64,000 nt of DNA from the human T2T-CHM13v2.0 reference genome, Homo sapiens (GCF_009914755.1 NC_060926.1), one strand, 5' to 3'. Positions 1 through 11,895 are shown, numbered from the stretch's first letter. Notes: generated by a model not told the origin, from the sequence alone. Program-made: numbers and translations.

Positions 1-59
1 ACTTTGTGTTTTTGCCACCAGTCTGCAGGAGGAAGAGTGGGAGTTTGCTGTCTTCACAT

Positions 60-615
60 TTCGGGAAAGCCTGGGCCAGCTGAAGTGGCTACAATTGGGT
101 CCTGGGGCAGAAAAGCAGAGGAAGTGTCAGAGAGGAAAATAGCAGAAACAGGCCCTGAAAGGCCATATCCTAAGACAGGGGAGAGGTCAGCGGCCCAAGG
201 AAGAGGCCCCAACCTCACTACCCGACAGCTCTGTGGGGAGATGAAGGACCTCTGTGGGGTCTCCAGGTGGTGCTCTTGGAGAGGTTGTATGCCAGCTTAT
301 TCCAAAAGAGGGGCTCCCAGACTGAGCAAATGTCTGGCCTGGATCTGCCAGATCAGGTGAACCACCTGCTTTCAAGGACCAATGAAGCTGAGATGATGAG
401 GATGTGAGCAGTGACCTCAATGAGTGAGAGAGGAGGCTTCCTGACATTTTGGGGGCCATGTAAGCTGTCTGTGATCTGATGAGGCCTTATGGGAGACAGG
501 GAGCCCCCAAATAATGCAGCTTGACTATTCCAGCTGCCAAGTAGGGTATGGGCTCATAGTCAGGTTTAATTTGATATAAAGGAAATATAGCAAGGTAACC
601 TTCCTTTCATAACCC
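60..615. mobile_element. Possible ancient eutherian LTR remnant (LTR78/79-like), boundaries approximate
   Basis: 'gacattttgggggcc...cccccaaataa...gggctcatagtcaggtttaatttgatataaaggaaat' resembles a recalled old LTR consensus; not aligned. Confidence 0.3.
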
Positions 616-869
616 ACTGTATGACTCTTATGCATTAAGAGTCATACAGCAGAGTCATCCCGAGTACTCCACTAAAATAAGGGCATTTTGGGTCCCTTGG
701 AAGGTAACTTGGAAGTTACCTGAAGGTAACTGACATAGCATCATAATCTTCACTTTTGCACATGCTGTTTCTTTATTTTAGACCATTTCTTCTCATCACT
801 ATTGATATCCACATTCATTTTAGCCTTGAAGGCACGTGTCAGCTGATCTTTCAGTATCCATGGAAGCTC

Positions 870-990
870 TGTGTGGCAGGAAGTGCAAGATGCATGACGT
901 ATATTGTCTCATTTAGCCTTCATCACTGCAGAGAATAAGTTACTATTATTCTCACACTATAGAAACCAGATAAGAAATCAAGGCTAACCC
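870..990 (-). mobile_element. MIR SINE fragment
   Basis: 'tctcatttagccttcatcac...tactattattctc...gataagaaatcaaggct' matches the reverse MIR core. Confidence 0.55.
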
Positions 991-1540
991 CAGCTAGATG
1001 ACTCTCTGACATACTACACTAAGAGAGAAATGAACTAGACCTCAGATCAGCTCCCATCCAACTTTAAATTCTTTCGAAAAAAAAAATCTCTGTTACCTGT
1101 CCTCTTTATTTGAGAGGTTTCCCCACATTGACTCAGACAACCTTGGGTCACAGAAGACTCAAGAGCCCCAGCAGTGCTAGGGACGCCACAGGACAGGGTG
1201 GCCGTCTTTATCACGAGTTCATCCAAGGCCCTAAATGCTTGATTCTGACCACACACTTAACCAGGAGAGGGACTCTGTGCTGCAGTAACACCGGGCATCA
1301 AGTATGCTGAGGGGTAAAAGTGACCTTGGAGTTTAGACAAACAAAGCCATGGCTCCAGCTAGAATCACCCATCACCCTGCGGAGGGTGGAGGACAGACTG
1401 CAGTGGTTGGGGGACTGGAGAGAGAATGTGTGTCTCCAAGGCAAGAGGGAGCTACTGCAGGGACACAGGCAAGGAGCCATGGTGGGGGCCATGAAGAGAC
1501 AGAGGCAGACACAGAAAGACAGAAAGGCAGACAGTGTATA

Positions 1541-1911
1541 AGTACTGGTTGGCTAGGGTGCCACAACAAAACACCAGAGACGGGGGCTTACACAGCAAAT
1601 GTTTATTCTCTCACAGCTCTGGAAGCTGGAAGGTTAAGATCAAGGTGTCAGCCGGGCTGATTTCCCCCAAGCTCTCTTTCCCGGGTTGCTGATCACCAGC
1701 CTCTCATGATACCCCCATGGTCTTCCCTCTGTGTGTGTCTGTGTCCAAATTTCTTCTAGTCCCATTGGATTAGAACCCACCCTGATGGCCTGATTTTAAC
1801 TTTATCACCTATTTAAAAGCCCCATCTCCAAAGGCTGCCAATATTCTGAAGTCCCTGGGGGTTAGGGTTTCAATATATGAATTTTGAGGGCACCGACTTT
1901 AGCCCATAATG
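1541..1911 (-). mobile_element. MaLR solo LTR (MLT1B/C-like)
   Basis: 'ctagggtgccacaacaaaacacca...tttattctctcacagctctggaagctggaag...ttagggtttcaatatatgaatttt...agcccataat'. Confidence 0.85.
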
Positions 1912-2499
1912 AGGGAGTGGTAGGGAGACTACAGCCCCAATACAGAGCTCCTGTGTACTTTGAGGGGTGAGGGTGGATGACTGCTGGGCTCTCAGGGAAG
2001 GCACACAGCTATGGATTCCAAATACCAGCTACAGATTCATCACCTAGGGGCTTGGACTCCATGACCTTTGAGCTCCTTTGCATTTAATTCTAATATTGTG
2101 ACATTGATTAGTCTCCTTGAGGGCTTCCTCTGAGCCTCCCATGGGTTTTGCTGTCATCAAGTTGGCTCCTCCTGAACAGCCTTTTCGAGACCTGGTGAGC
2201 ACTTTAGGGCAATGGTGCTAGGAACACCCCATTGTAATAAGCCATAATGTGCTGGAGGGCACAGTAGCATCTGCTTCACTTCCTGTCTGGCTCAGTATTC
2301 TCTCAGCCCCCTGAAACACGGCTCCACCCTTGTGCCTCATTCCCACCTCCCTTCCATTAAGGAGTCCCATGAATTCTGCAGAGCCAACTGCTGTTAGGAC
2401 TTCAGCCTCTGTGAACCCTGGTTTCTGACTTCACTGGTAGTTTTTGCTCAGCCTAGAAAAAAGGAGGAAAGCAAACCTTATGGCCTCCTTCCTGTGGGC

Positions 2500-2670
2500 C
2501 ACGAACTGTGCTTTGATATTTCTTCTTGAGTCTTTATAACTTTACTTCAATGGAAGCATCATTATAATCTTATTTTAGAGATGAGAAAACAGAGACTCCA
2601 AGGGGTGACCTAAGTCCCCGAGCATAACACAGAGTAAGGGGCAGAGATGAGGTTCAGAGCCACCTGTGCT
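2500..2670 (-). mobile_element. MIR SINE
   Basis: 'attttagagatgagaaaacagagactcc...gagtaaggggcagagatgaggttc'. Confidence 0.7.
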
Positions 2671-3289
2671 TGGCTGGTAAAGGAGAGAGCTACACGATGG
2701 GCTCCCGCAGGGATTCCTGCCCAGGACACTGATTTCGGAGGTTGGTGAGGCACTCACTCTCTACTTATTACAGACCTTTAAATCTTTTCCCCTCAATGAG
2801 ATAATGAGTTTAAGCAGGTACCCATGTGATTGTATATTTTTCCTGAATTCTGTCCCTGCCCTCATTGCTAGCCATACTATGGTACTCAATAAATAATTAT
2901 TAATAATGTGGACACTCAGGATTTTAAAGGGCTCTCTTTTGGATGTGAAGAGGACTTTATCCTTAAGTCATTAGATTTTAAAAGTCAAGTGTTTGTGCTG
3001 CATAAAATAAGAAGAGCTATTATCTCTGTTTCCACATACACAAGACTCAAACCCCGAGAAGTCGGGTAACCTGCTAGCTTCACCCTACAGGCAGCCAAGG
3101 CTGCTTCCTTCTCTGGCTCATCATCAAAATCCAGGCACACCAGTTCTGAGGCCAGTTACAACCTGGAGTACTTACAGGATTTATTTACAAAGTGTTCATC
3201 TTTGGCTTTTTGAAGTATTTAGGGGGAGTCCATCTGCCATTGATCCATTTCTTTGCCACGTGCAATACTATTTATCCAGAACTATTCCT

Positions 3290-3485
3290 TCTACTTACTT
3301 GCTTAGCAGGCATGTACTTAATGTTTCTCTGTCTCAGTGTTCTCATCTGTAAAATGAGTCTTATTATACCCACCTCACAGGGTAATTGTTTCAATATCAT
3401 ATAGTTGTGAGGATCAAATGAATAACCATATGGAAAGAACTTAGCACAGTTCCCAGAATGGTGTGAACATGTAATAAGTATTTGC
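3290..3485 (+). mobile_element. MIR SINE
   Basis: 'tctctgtctcagtgttctcatctgtaaaatg...acctcacaggg...gttgtgaggatcaaatga'. Confidence 0.8.
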
Positions 3486-3546
3486 CCTAAGCATTCATTC
3501 TATGATTGGCTTAAAATACTCAATGAGTGTTAGATTAGCAATAATT

Positions 3547-4424
3547 ATTTTTTTCAACTTTTAAGTTCAGGGGAACATGTGCAGGTTTGCTACATAGGTA
3601 AGCTTGTGTCACAGGAGTTTGTTGTACAAATTATTTTGTCACCTAAGTATTAAGCCTAGTACCCATTAGTTATTTTTCTGATCCTCTCTCCCCTCTCACC
3701 CTCAGGTTGGCCCCAGTGTCTGTTGTTTCTCTCTGTGTCTATGTGTTCTCATCATTTAGCCCCTGATTATAAGTAAGAATATACAATATTTGGTTTTCTG
3801 TTCCTGTATTAGTTTGCTAAAGATAATGGCCTCCAGTTCAATCCATATTCCTGCAAAGAACATGATCTTGTTCTTTTTTTATGGCTGCATAATATTCCAT
3901 GATGCATATGTAGCACGTTTTCTTATCCAGTCTAAAATTGATAAGCATTTAGGTAAGGAGTTTAAACAAAATTACCAAAAAACTCAACCCCATTACAAAG
4001 TGGGCAAAGGACATAAACAGACACTTTTCAAGAGAAGACATACATGGGGCCAGCAAGCAATGGAAAAAAGCTCTACATCCCTGATTATTGGAGAAATGCA
4101 AATCCAAGCCACAATGAGATACCGTCTCACACCAGTCAGAATGGCTACTATTAAAAAGTCAAAAAAATAACAGATGCTGAAGAGGTTGTGGAAAAAAAGA
4201 AACACTTATAGACCATTGGTGGGAGTATAAATGAGTTCACCCATGGTGGATAGCAGTGTGGCGATCCCTCAAAGAGCTAATAACAGAATTACCGTTCGAC
4301 CTGGCAAACCCATTACTGGGTATATATCCAAAGGAATATAAATCGTTCGAACACAAAGACACCTGCATGCATATGTTTATTGCAACACTGTTCACAATAG
4401 CAAAGACATGGGATCAACTTAAAT
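3547..4424 (-). mobile_element. Short 5'-inverted LINE-1 (L1PA13-16-like): 3' end on minus 3547-3954, inverted upstream ORF2 segment on plus 3955-4424
   Basis: Reverse L1 3'UTR from the T-tail to 'gcatttaggt', then an abrupt switch to plus-strand ORF2 C-terminal sequence ('[17 protein letters not shown]') ending 'gggatcaacttaaat'. Confidence 0.9.
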
Positions 4425-4527
4425 AGTTCATTTTTGAGGTGGAGTTGCGAGTTACTACTTTTTAAAATCTCTTCTTTCCCTTTTCCCTCATTTTCTTTTT
4501 CTCCCCAGTAGCATAGTTGATGCATAG

Positions 4528-4735
4528 TTTTTTGGTGTTTTTTTGTTTTTTGTTGTTTTGTTTTTTTTTTATTTGAGATAGAGTCTTGCTCTGTCGTCCA
4601 GGCTAGAGTGCAGTGGCCAATTTTGGCTCACTTCAACCTCCGCCTCCAAGGTTCAAACAATTCTTCTGCCTCAGCCTCCCGAGTAGCTGGGATTACAGGC
4701 ACCCACCACAGCGCCTGGCTAATTTTTGTATTTTT

Positions 4736-4779
<44 letters not shown>

Positions 4780-5198
4780 TTTTGAGATGGAATCTTTCTC
4801 TGTCGCCTAGGCTGAAGTGCAGTGGCCGGATCTCGGCTCACTGCAACCTCCGCCTCCCAGGTTCAAGCCATTCTCCTGCCTCAGCCTCCTGAGTAGCTGG
4901 GATTACAGGCACTTGCCACAATGCCCGGCTAATGTTTTTGTATTTTTAGTAGAGATGGGGTGTCACCATATTGGCCGGGCTGGTCTTGAACTTCTGACCT
5001 CAAGTGATCTGCCCACCTTGGTCTCCCAAAGTGCTGGGATTACAGGCGTGAGCCACCTTGCCCGGACATTTTTGTATTTTTAGTAGAGATGGGGTTTCAC
5101 CATGTTGGCCAGGCTGGTCTTGAATTCCTGACCTCATAATCCACCCGCCTCGGCCTCCCAAAGTGCTGGATTACAGGCATGAGCCACCATGGCCGGCC
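4528..5198 (-). mobile_element. AluSg-like element split by a nested Alu (parts 4528-4736 and 5068-5198)
   Basis: Right and left arms separated; 2-bp deletion 'gacctcataatcc' with 'ccaggctggtc'; flanking 'atagtt' on both sides. Confidence 0.9.
4737..5067 (-). mobile_element. AluSz/Sx nested in the A-rich linker of another Alu
   Basis: Full dimer with (TTTA)n tail; 15-bp TSD ATTTTTGTATTTTTA at 4722-4736 and 5068-5082. Confidence 0.92.
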
Positions 5199-5584
5199 AT
5201 ATAGTTATTTTTTTTAATAGCCACTTAACACAAAGAAACCACCTCTTATACCATATTAAAAGAAGACAATGAGTAGAAAACAACAAAAGCCTTGTTGAGA
5301 AACACGTGCTGTACAGTCAGGTAGATTTGCTCCTTTTACTAGCAAAGGGAGTAAATTTCAAAATAGAATGTGCAAGGTCTTCAAGCGAGAAGAAAAGAAT
5401 ATCTATGCATGTTTATTTTCATTTAGCAAATTAGAAAACAAATTGAGCTTTACTGGCATTTCATGTACAGATTGACAAAAGAGTATGTAGAAAAAGAATG
5501 AATAAATGTACAGTTTGGAATGTACATTTTTTCTTTTTCTCTAACTACTTGAGTTGAATAATCAAGAATGGCTGGAGGCCCTTC

Positions 5585-5682
5585 GTGATGCTGCCTGCCT
5601 GTGATCCCATGCTTTGGGAGGACAAGGAAGGAGGATTGTTTAAGACCAGGAGTTCAAGACCAGCTTGGGCAACAGAGCAAAA
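5585..5682 (+). mobile_element. FLAM/Alu left-monomer fragment
   Basis: 'gcctgtgatccc...tttgggagg...aggagttcaagaccagcttgggcaacagagc'. Confidence 0.75.
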
Positions 5683-5869
5683 GGGCACAGTTGGAGCTGA
5701 GTGCTTACGCCACTCACAAACGTTGTAAATCCTGAGAATTGCTTTTGAGAGAAAAATAATTGTGTTTTATTCCTCATCATTCCCAAATGCATAACACAAT
5801 GGCTGGTGCATTTCACCTGTTCAATCAATAAATGTGACTTATTGTTATTTTACCGTGATTAGCGATGAA

Positions 5870-6050
5870 CTATGCTATGTGCCTATTTTTTTACTTAAAC
5901 CTCAGAATATTTCTGCCAAGTTATGCAATAGTATCCTGTTTTAAAGACAGAAACCAAGGGGCAGGGAGAACATACGATTTCTTCAAAGTCATGTGGCCTC
6001 TCAGCTCTAAAATTGAAGCTGAAATCTGTCCATTCAGCATGAGGTCTCCT
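5870..6050 (-). mobile_element. MIR fragment
   Basis: 'tatcctgttttaaagacagaaaccaagg...tcttcaaagtcatgtggc' degenerate MIR core. Confidence 0.5.
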
Positions 6051-6289
6051 GGTTTCTGTTCTTATCTAAATGGAACCGGAGAAGGGAAGGTCCTACCTTA
6101 GGGGAACTGAGGAATGAGGTGAGAGGGGCACAGATGTGGGCTACCTGGGGACCTTCCAAACCTCCCTGACCTTCATAAGATTGTTCTCAGGATTAAATAA
6201 TAATGATTAATTTAAACAAGCATGTATTATCGCTTTTGGCCACTTACCACATGAACTGACCTATCGCTATCGGTCTTAACTTGGAACAG

Positions 6290-6485
6290 AGACAGCATAG
6301 AATTCAGAGACACAGACCTGGGTGAGGGCCAACTCTCTGCCCTTAACTAGCGTGGAAATACAGGTCTCCCTTTTTTCATACGTCACTAGGGGATGCTCAC
6401 ATTTATTTTATTGAACATTTAAGATACTTCAAAATGGTGCAAGTTCCTCATACACAGTAAATTCCTGATAAATGAAGTAGCTATT
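6290..6485 (+). mobile_element. MIR fragment
   Basis: 'cagacctgggt...ctctgcccttaactagc' and 3' 'cacagtaaattcctgataaatg'. Confidence 0.5.
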
Positions 6486-7182
6486 ATACCACACTATTTC
6501 ACTTTTTTCATGTTTCTAAGTTAAAAAATGTTCTCACCTCAGCTATAATTTTTAAAGTTTGAATCATGGAAACAGGTGAGTTATCTTATGAAAGCCAGAA
6601 ACCATGTCCTAGGCAAGAATGGCCATGGCTCTTATTCAGTGTCCCTTTTTAAATGCCTTCTAACCGGATCATAGACCCAAAGGGGACCTTGGGGACCCCT
6701 GCTCCTTCTCACATCTCAGTTACAGGAAATAAGGCCAAAGGGTTTGTATTACCAGCCCAGAGTCACTCAGTGAGCTCTTGTCAGTGTCAGGACTTAACCC
6801 AGATCACTGGGCTCTTTCTTCAGATGTCTCTCCTCTGCCACCTTGACCCATCTCACCTGCCTGGTTCCTGACCCTGGATTTCATCACCTGGGTCTTTGTT
6901 CCCTGGCCACTCCTCCTCAGACTCTAGACTTTCACGGAGTCTAAGCAAAAAGACATTCATACAGTGTTGTCACCCGGGCCTTGGTTGCATCCTCTGTTTG
7001 TGGCTCCTTGTGGTGCCTCCTGACCAGTTTCCTTGTGCCTTTGCTTTATCTCTTCTGTGTTTACTTGGATTGCCAGAATGTGCAAGTCAGGAGTTCTAAG
7101 AAACAAAGTGTGTCCCCAAACCAGTCCATATAGGGTGTATTGTGGGCTACCTAAGAAACTTTTAGCATTTGGGTGGTTTCAG

Positions 7183-7324
7183 ACATGCATATGCAAAATG
7201 CTCACAAAGACATGCAACTCACACAGCCACATGCATACAGGTGTGCCTGTACACAAAGCAAATTCTCATATGTGCATGCACACACATGGGCACACACATG
7301 TGCACGCGCTAGCACACACACACA
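7183..7324. repeat. Degenerate (CA)/(CATG)-rich low-complexity repeat
   Basis: 'acatgcatatgc...gcacacacatgggcacacacatgtgcacgcgctagcacacacacaca'. Confidence 0.75.
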
Positions 7325-7739
7325 GCTTCCAAACCGTGTCATCCATTTTGCATTGTGGCTCTGAGTGATTGGTTTGATAAAACAAAAAATACGTGGGGCC
7401 TATGTCTCGTCTGTAGACTACCTATGAGATGCAATTTCTCTGAGATTTTCAAACCGTCTGGCATCTGCAGACTTCAAAACCACTTATAGATATTATAAAA
7501 CCAGCTCTGATTGTATCTTGATGATTGCTGACATTTAGTGTCTGTCAGCCCGGGGGAGGAAAAAAAAGAAAGAAAAGAAAAAAAGCTTTGCCCCACTAGG
7601 ATTTCTCCAGCTGGGGCAGCTGAGGCTGTGGCTGTCAGGGGAGGCCCGTGGGACTGTCTGCTGCAATGCTCCAGTGAGTCCTTTCTGCAGCCCAGCATCT
7701 TTGGGGCCACAGAGCTCTCATTTCCCCCTCGACCACATT

Positions 7740-8200
7740 GGTTCTGTGTCCTTTCACACCTGACCCCTTTGACTGACAAACTGGAACAGTACCTGGGAAC
7801 AAAAGGCAGTTATATAAAATCTAAAGCAGCATATTAATATTTCATTAGCAATTCTTTTCTCTCTGAGGCTGACTGACAGCTCCATCAAGATAGTGGCAAA
7901 GCTGATTTTAATTATTTTTTTTTCAACCTGCATCGCTACTCTCACTGCCTCTTCCTGCTGTAAATCAGTCAGAATGTTTTCCTTCATTATTACCACAAGC
8001 GCTCAGCAGTCTCTAATTACTCTAAAGAATTTCTTATCTTTTATTTCTAAAGCTGAGATTTTGAAGAGAAGGAGAACGAGGGAGAGAGCCATAATTAACT
8101 TTGCAGCTGTTGGTAGTCTGCCCAAGTCTAGAACCGCGGCTATCCCCCCTCCTGTCTGCTCGGCTGTTAGGGGAGACTGGGTGCAGTAATGATAGCATGC
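7740..8200. promoter_or_regulatory. Candidate developmental enhancer
   Basis: No recognisable repeat; TGACTGACAA 7770-7779, TGACTGACAG 7870-7879, TAATTA at 7909/8014/8092, CAGCTG at 8104. Confidence 0.4.
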
Positions 8201-10189
8201 TCTTCAAAGCAGGGAGAGCCGTGTATCCAGCACACTCCCTTTGGAAATGCTCTTCAGAATGCATTTTTAATACCGAGATGATTAAAGAGCACACTCAGGA
8301 AGGCTTGGCCCACACGTGCCTAAGTGCACAGGGCTTGCATCCCTGGGAGGAGCAGTCCCGGCTGCAGGAGCCTCTGTGTACACCCAGCAGGGCGCTCCCC
8401 ATCCCCAGCTAGCAGCCTGGAGACATGGCTAGGTGAGCCTCTTGCCAGAAGAAATCAGGAAGCATATTATGTAGCTTTCTGCTGGGCAGATTGTGAGACT
8501 AGGTCTCCTCCCTGGGAAACGGGTCCCATCTCCTCATGAGTGCCAAGCACAGAAAGGAGAGGGACCGTTTCAGATGACTGATGAAATATATATAATCTAA
8601 CCACCCTGGAGGCATATAGCCTTGTCATTAGATATGAAAAGCTTCCTTCAGGGGATTGCATTGGCTTCCTGGTATTATGACTTACAAGGAGAGCAAGATG
8701 CAAATTGAGAGTTTTCATGATAATCGGTCTTTTCTATATTTCTCCTGCATTGAATCTCTCTCTGGCCGTCTCTTTGAGTTTTATTGTGTTGACGAATCTC
8801 AAACTGATTATTCCTTGGAAATAAGGAAATAAACAGAAACGAAGATAGGGCACACAGCATATATCTTATAAAAATATGACTTAGAGCCAGAACGCAGAGA
8901 ACGTTGAGTTTTGTATTGTCTTGCGGGTGACACACTCCCAGCTGGGCAGCAGGGGTCTGTGTAAATGGAAGAGATGAGGAAAACTCTGAAATTAAGCCAC
9001 GAGTTCATTCCTGAGCAGCTGTGCTATGAAATGGTTCAACACTAGCGGCCCTCTCACAGGCTAATGGGCACCTCCCTTCTGATGGGGGAGACCACCTGCA
9101 CTAATGAGCCCGCGATTATGCAGCTCCTTGGATGGCTCCTATGGGCATTCCTTGTGGACAGGAGCCCCAGCTCTGATGAACGACCTGCTGAGGATTTATG
9201 ATGTGGAAGGCCTCCCATCAGGGACTAGCCAAAGCCCCTCCAACTCATTCAAATCTTGATTATCAAGGGTTCAAAATGCAGTTTGTAAAGATGAGAGGCC
9301 ACCTCCATCTCTCTGGTTTTCTGCTGAGCGCTTTGAGTGGGGAATCTCATGGACATGGGCTCACAGTGACACTGGGCAGGCAAGAGCAACACCTCACAGC
9401 GTGCATGTCAAGGGACACAGACATCACACATACTCAGGGGCCTTTCTGGGGGCCTCAGCTGAGAGCTGATCAAGGCTCAAGGAGCAGAGACTGTGGGAAA
9501 CTGAAGTATTAAGGAGTGGGAGCTCAGAGTGCCTCGCTGCGGCACTAACCAGGCTAATGTCCTTGCAGAAAGCCCCTGGCCGCCCTCCTCCCCACTCATT
9601 CAACAAATGAGCATGATGCTCACTGCCCCGCCAATCTCACGTGATACTCCGGGAGAGAATTGAGGCAAATGCACCGGGATCTGAGAAAGGAGCAGTAACG
9701 ATAAGCATCTTGTGTTTTATTTAAAGTGGAGAGTTATGTCCACTTGCATAAGTGCAACGTTTGGTCTGAATTTGCACCTGGGCTAAGGCGAGCTTGCTGC
9801 CAATAAGGCTCACTCACCCTCTGAACCAATCACCTTCTCTATTTAGAGGAAAATATATAGTTGCCATTATTCATTCCGTAGTCCACTGAATTCTTATTTA
9901 AAGAGGATCTTGTGTCTTTACTGTGGTATGATTCCTCCAAAAATCAGTTTTGATTTGGTATATAATATAGAAATACAAATTTCTCCCTCCCTACTGAATG
10001 AAGCGTCATGCCTGTAGAATCTCCATGAACCCATGAGGCCATGGCGGTTGTAAAAAACGAGATAAATGAAAGGTCTGATCTGTTGGGGAGATGCTCTCTC
10101 TCGCTCTCCCCTGTGATGTGATTTAAAGCAGTAGGCAGTGAACCAAGCATTAACAAGGCTGATGAGTCAGCACGGCCAAGGGCAAGGGC

Positions 10190-10300
10190 GCTGCTCTGGT
10201 TTCTCCACCTGTAAAGTGAGATTGATAATCTCTTGCCACCATTACTCCTAGGAGGATGTGTGAGGATGAAGGGACCAGTATCTGCTGAGAGCTTTGTCCT
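10190..10300 (+). mobile_element. MIR fragment
   Basis: 'ggtttctccacctgtaaagtgagattgataat...gtgtgaggatgaa'. Confidence 0.6.
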
Positions 10301-10394
10301 ATTCCAAGAGCATAAGCAACAATGTCTACTGGTCCAGTAGCTATAAATTAATATCAAGTACACAATAATAGTGACAATAATAATAGGAGTAGCT

Positions 10395-10580
10395 TTGCCC
10401 TGCACAGCACTGTGTGGTTTCAAGAGCAACTATGCACATATTACATATCTGCATTTTAACATAAAACAGCCCCATTTACAGACAAAGGAATTAAGGTGGA
10501 CAGGATTAAGTCATTTCTAAGGTAACAGAGCTAGTAAATGACAGCCATACCTGGGGTCTAGGAATATATGGTTCACACTC
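10395..10580 (-). mobile_element. MIR SINE
   Basis: 'ccccatttacagacaaaggaattaagg...aaggtaacagagctagtaaatgacag'. Confidence 0.75.
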
Positions 10581-10649
10581 TGCCCCACACCATCTCCTTG
10601 CTCATGCTTGACTCTGCCAACTTGAAATATCTCTGGCCCACCAGGGAGA

Positions 10650-10805
10650 TGGAAGACTGATCACGAACTGGGAGACCTGGATTCTACTCCATGGCTTCTT
10701 TGGGAAAGCCTTTTCATATCCATAAGCTCTTCATCTATAAAAGTCAATGCCATTTAAAATTCACTGAGGTTCTTTCAGTTCCAAAATTGGACACAATCCA
10801 TGATA
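10650..10805 (+). mobile_element. MIRc/MIR3-like fragment
   Basis: 'ggagacctggattctactcc...ctcttcatctataaaa...ctgaggttctttcagttccaaaatt'. Confidence 0.55.
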
Positions 10806-11759
10806 TCAGATATAATGTTGACTTGTCAAAGAAAAGGTGAATGGGATGTTTTTCATTAGATTCATTGTGTATTAATTTTTACAATTTTTGTTCAATTAAC
10901 AATGTCATGTGTAATATTTACTATATTTTAAAATATTGTATGTTGAAGTGAGATTTATTTCTGAAGAAACATGCCTAAAAGCACATAACAGAACAATATA
11001 AAAACATAATCTGATTTATAAGAGTTTGATATAGTCTCTTTTAATGCTATGTTATTTTTATTGAAGGATTTAATACTATACTATGATGAATAAAGAAGGC
11101 CTCCAGGATAAAAATCCATGGGCTTTTTGTTAAACATAAACTTAATTTCTTAAAAAGCGACTGACTAAATTTTACTTTTAAAAGCAAGTGTTAATGCAAT
11201 CGAAGTAACAAGAGTGGGCAGACTGCATGTAAGATGGATATCAAGCTATCTGAAAATATCTTTCTTACATTCCTGAAATTTGTCTGTTTAGTTTTTCACC
11301 ATTTGCTAAACATCTCTGTCTTCAAAAAAGCTTCTACCAAAATGTAAACCTATGATGTGAGAAAGTGATACTCTTCTCATTAGATCTTCCTATCAATTTA
11401 TCATATTCCTTGACCATTTGCTGAGTGAGTTCCGAGAAAACTGGCCACAGGACAAGCGATTATTAAAGAAGAAGTTAGAAAGGGAAGGAAACATTCCTGA
11501 GGGTAGGAGATGGTGGAATGTGAATCTTCATAATGTGGGAATCCCAGGTGGCAGAGTAGTGGGAAAGCTTGTGAACCTTTCCATGCTGAGAGAAACTAGT
11601 CAAAGTCCTTTTGCATTTCTTCCTGGAGCTGAACTTAAGCTCCAAGGTGACAAAACACAATTTTGACGTTGAGAATCATGAACAAGAATTTTCTGATGAG
11701 CAAACTCAGATGCTTATGACTGTTTCCTGATCTCTAAAAGGAAAAGGTTAAATTGGAGT

Positions 11760-11895
11760 TCAGCTCAATTCAATACAAGATGTGCTGGGCACTTGTTCTT
11801 GTCCAAGGGGAGATGACAAGAGCCATGATAGAAACAAAAATATCAAGATACAGGAGCTCCCTGACCTCCTGTCTTCAGTTCAGTGGGGAAACTGA
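11760..11895 (-). mobile_element. L2 3' fragment
   Basis: 'aattcaatac...tgctgggcacttgttc...ccctgacctc...cagttcagtggggaaact'. Confidence 0.45.

Noticed and set aside
4608-5083. Overlapping 65-94 aa ORFs
   Set aside because: Entirely antisense Alu and (TTTA)n sequence.
7185-7196. ATGCATATGCAA MORE-like motif
   Set aside because: Lies in a CA/TG low-complexity repeat where such words arise easily.
9944-10429. 161-aa ORF with a hydrophobic N-terminus
   Set aside because: Non-ATG start, overlaps MIR remnants, the hydrophobic run comes from an AT-rich tail, no recognisable domain.
11540-11556. CTCF-like 'ATCCCAGGTGGCAG'
   Set aside because: Three mismatches at the 5' core and no upstream module.
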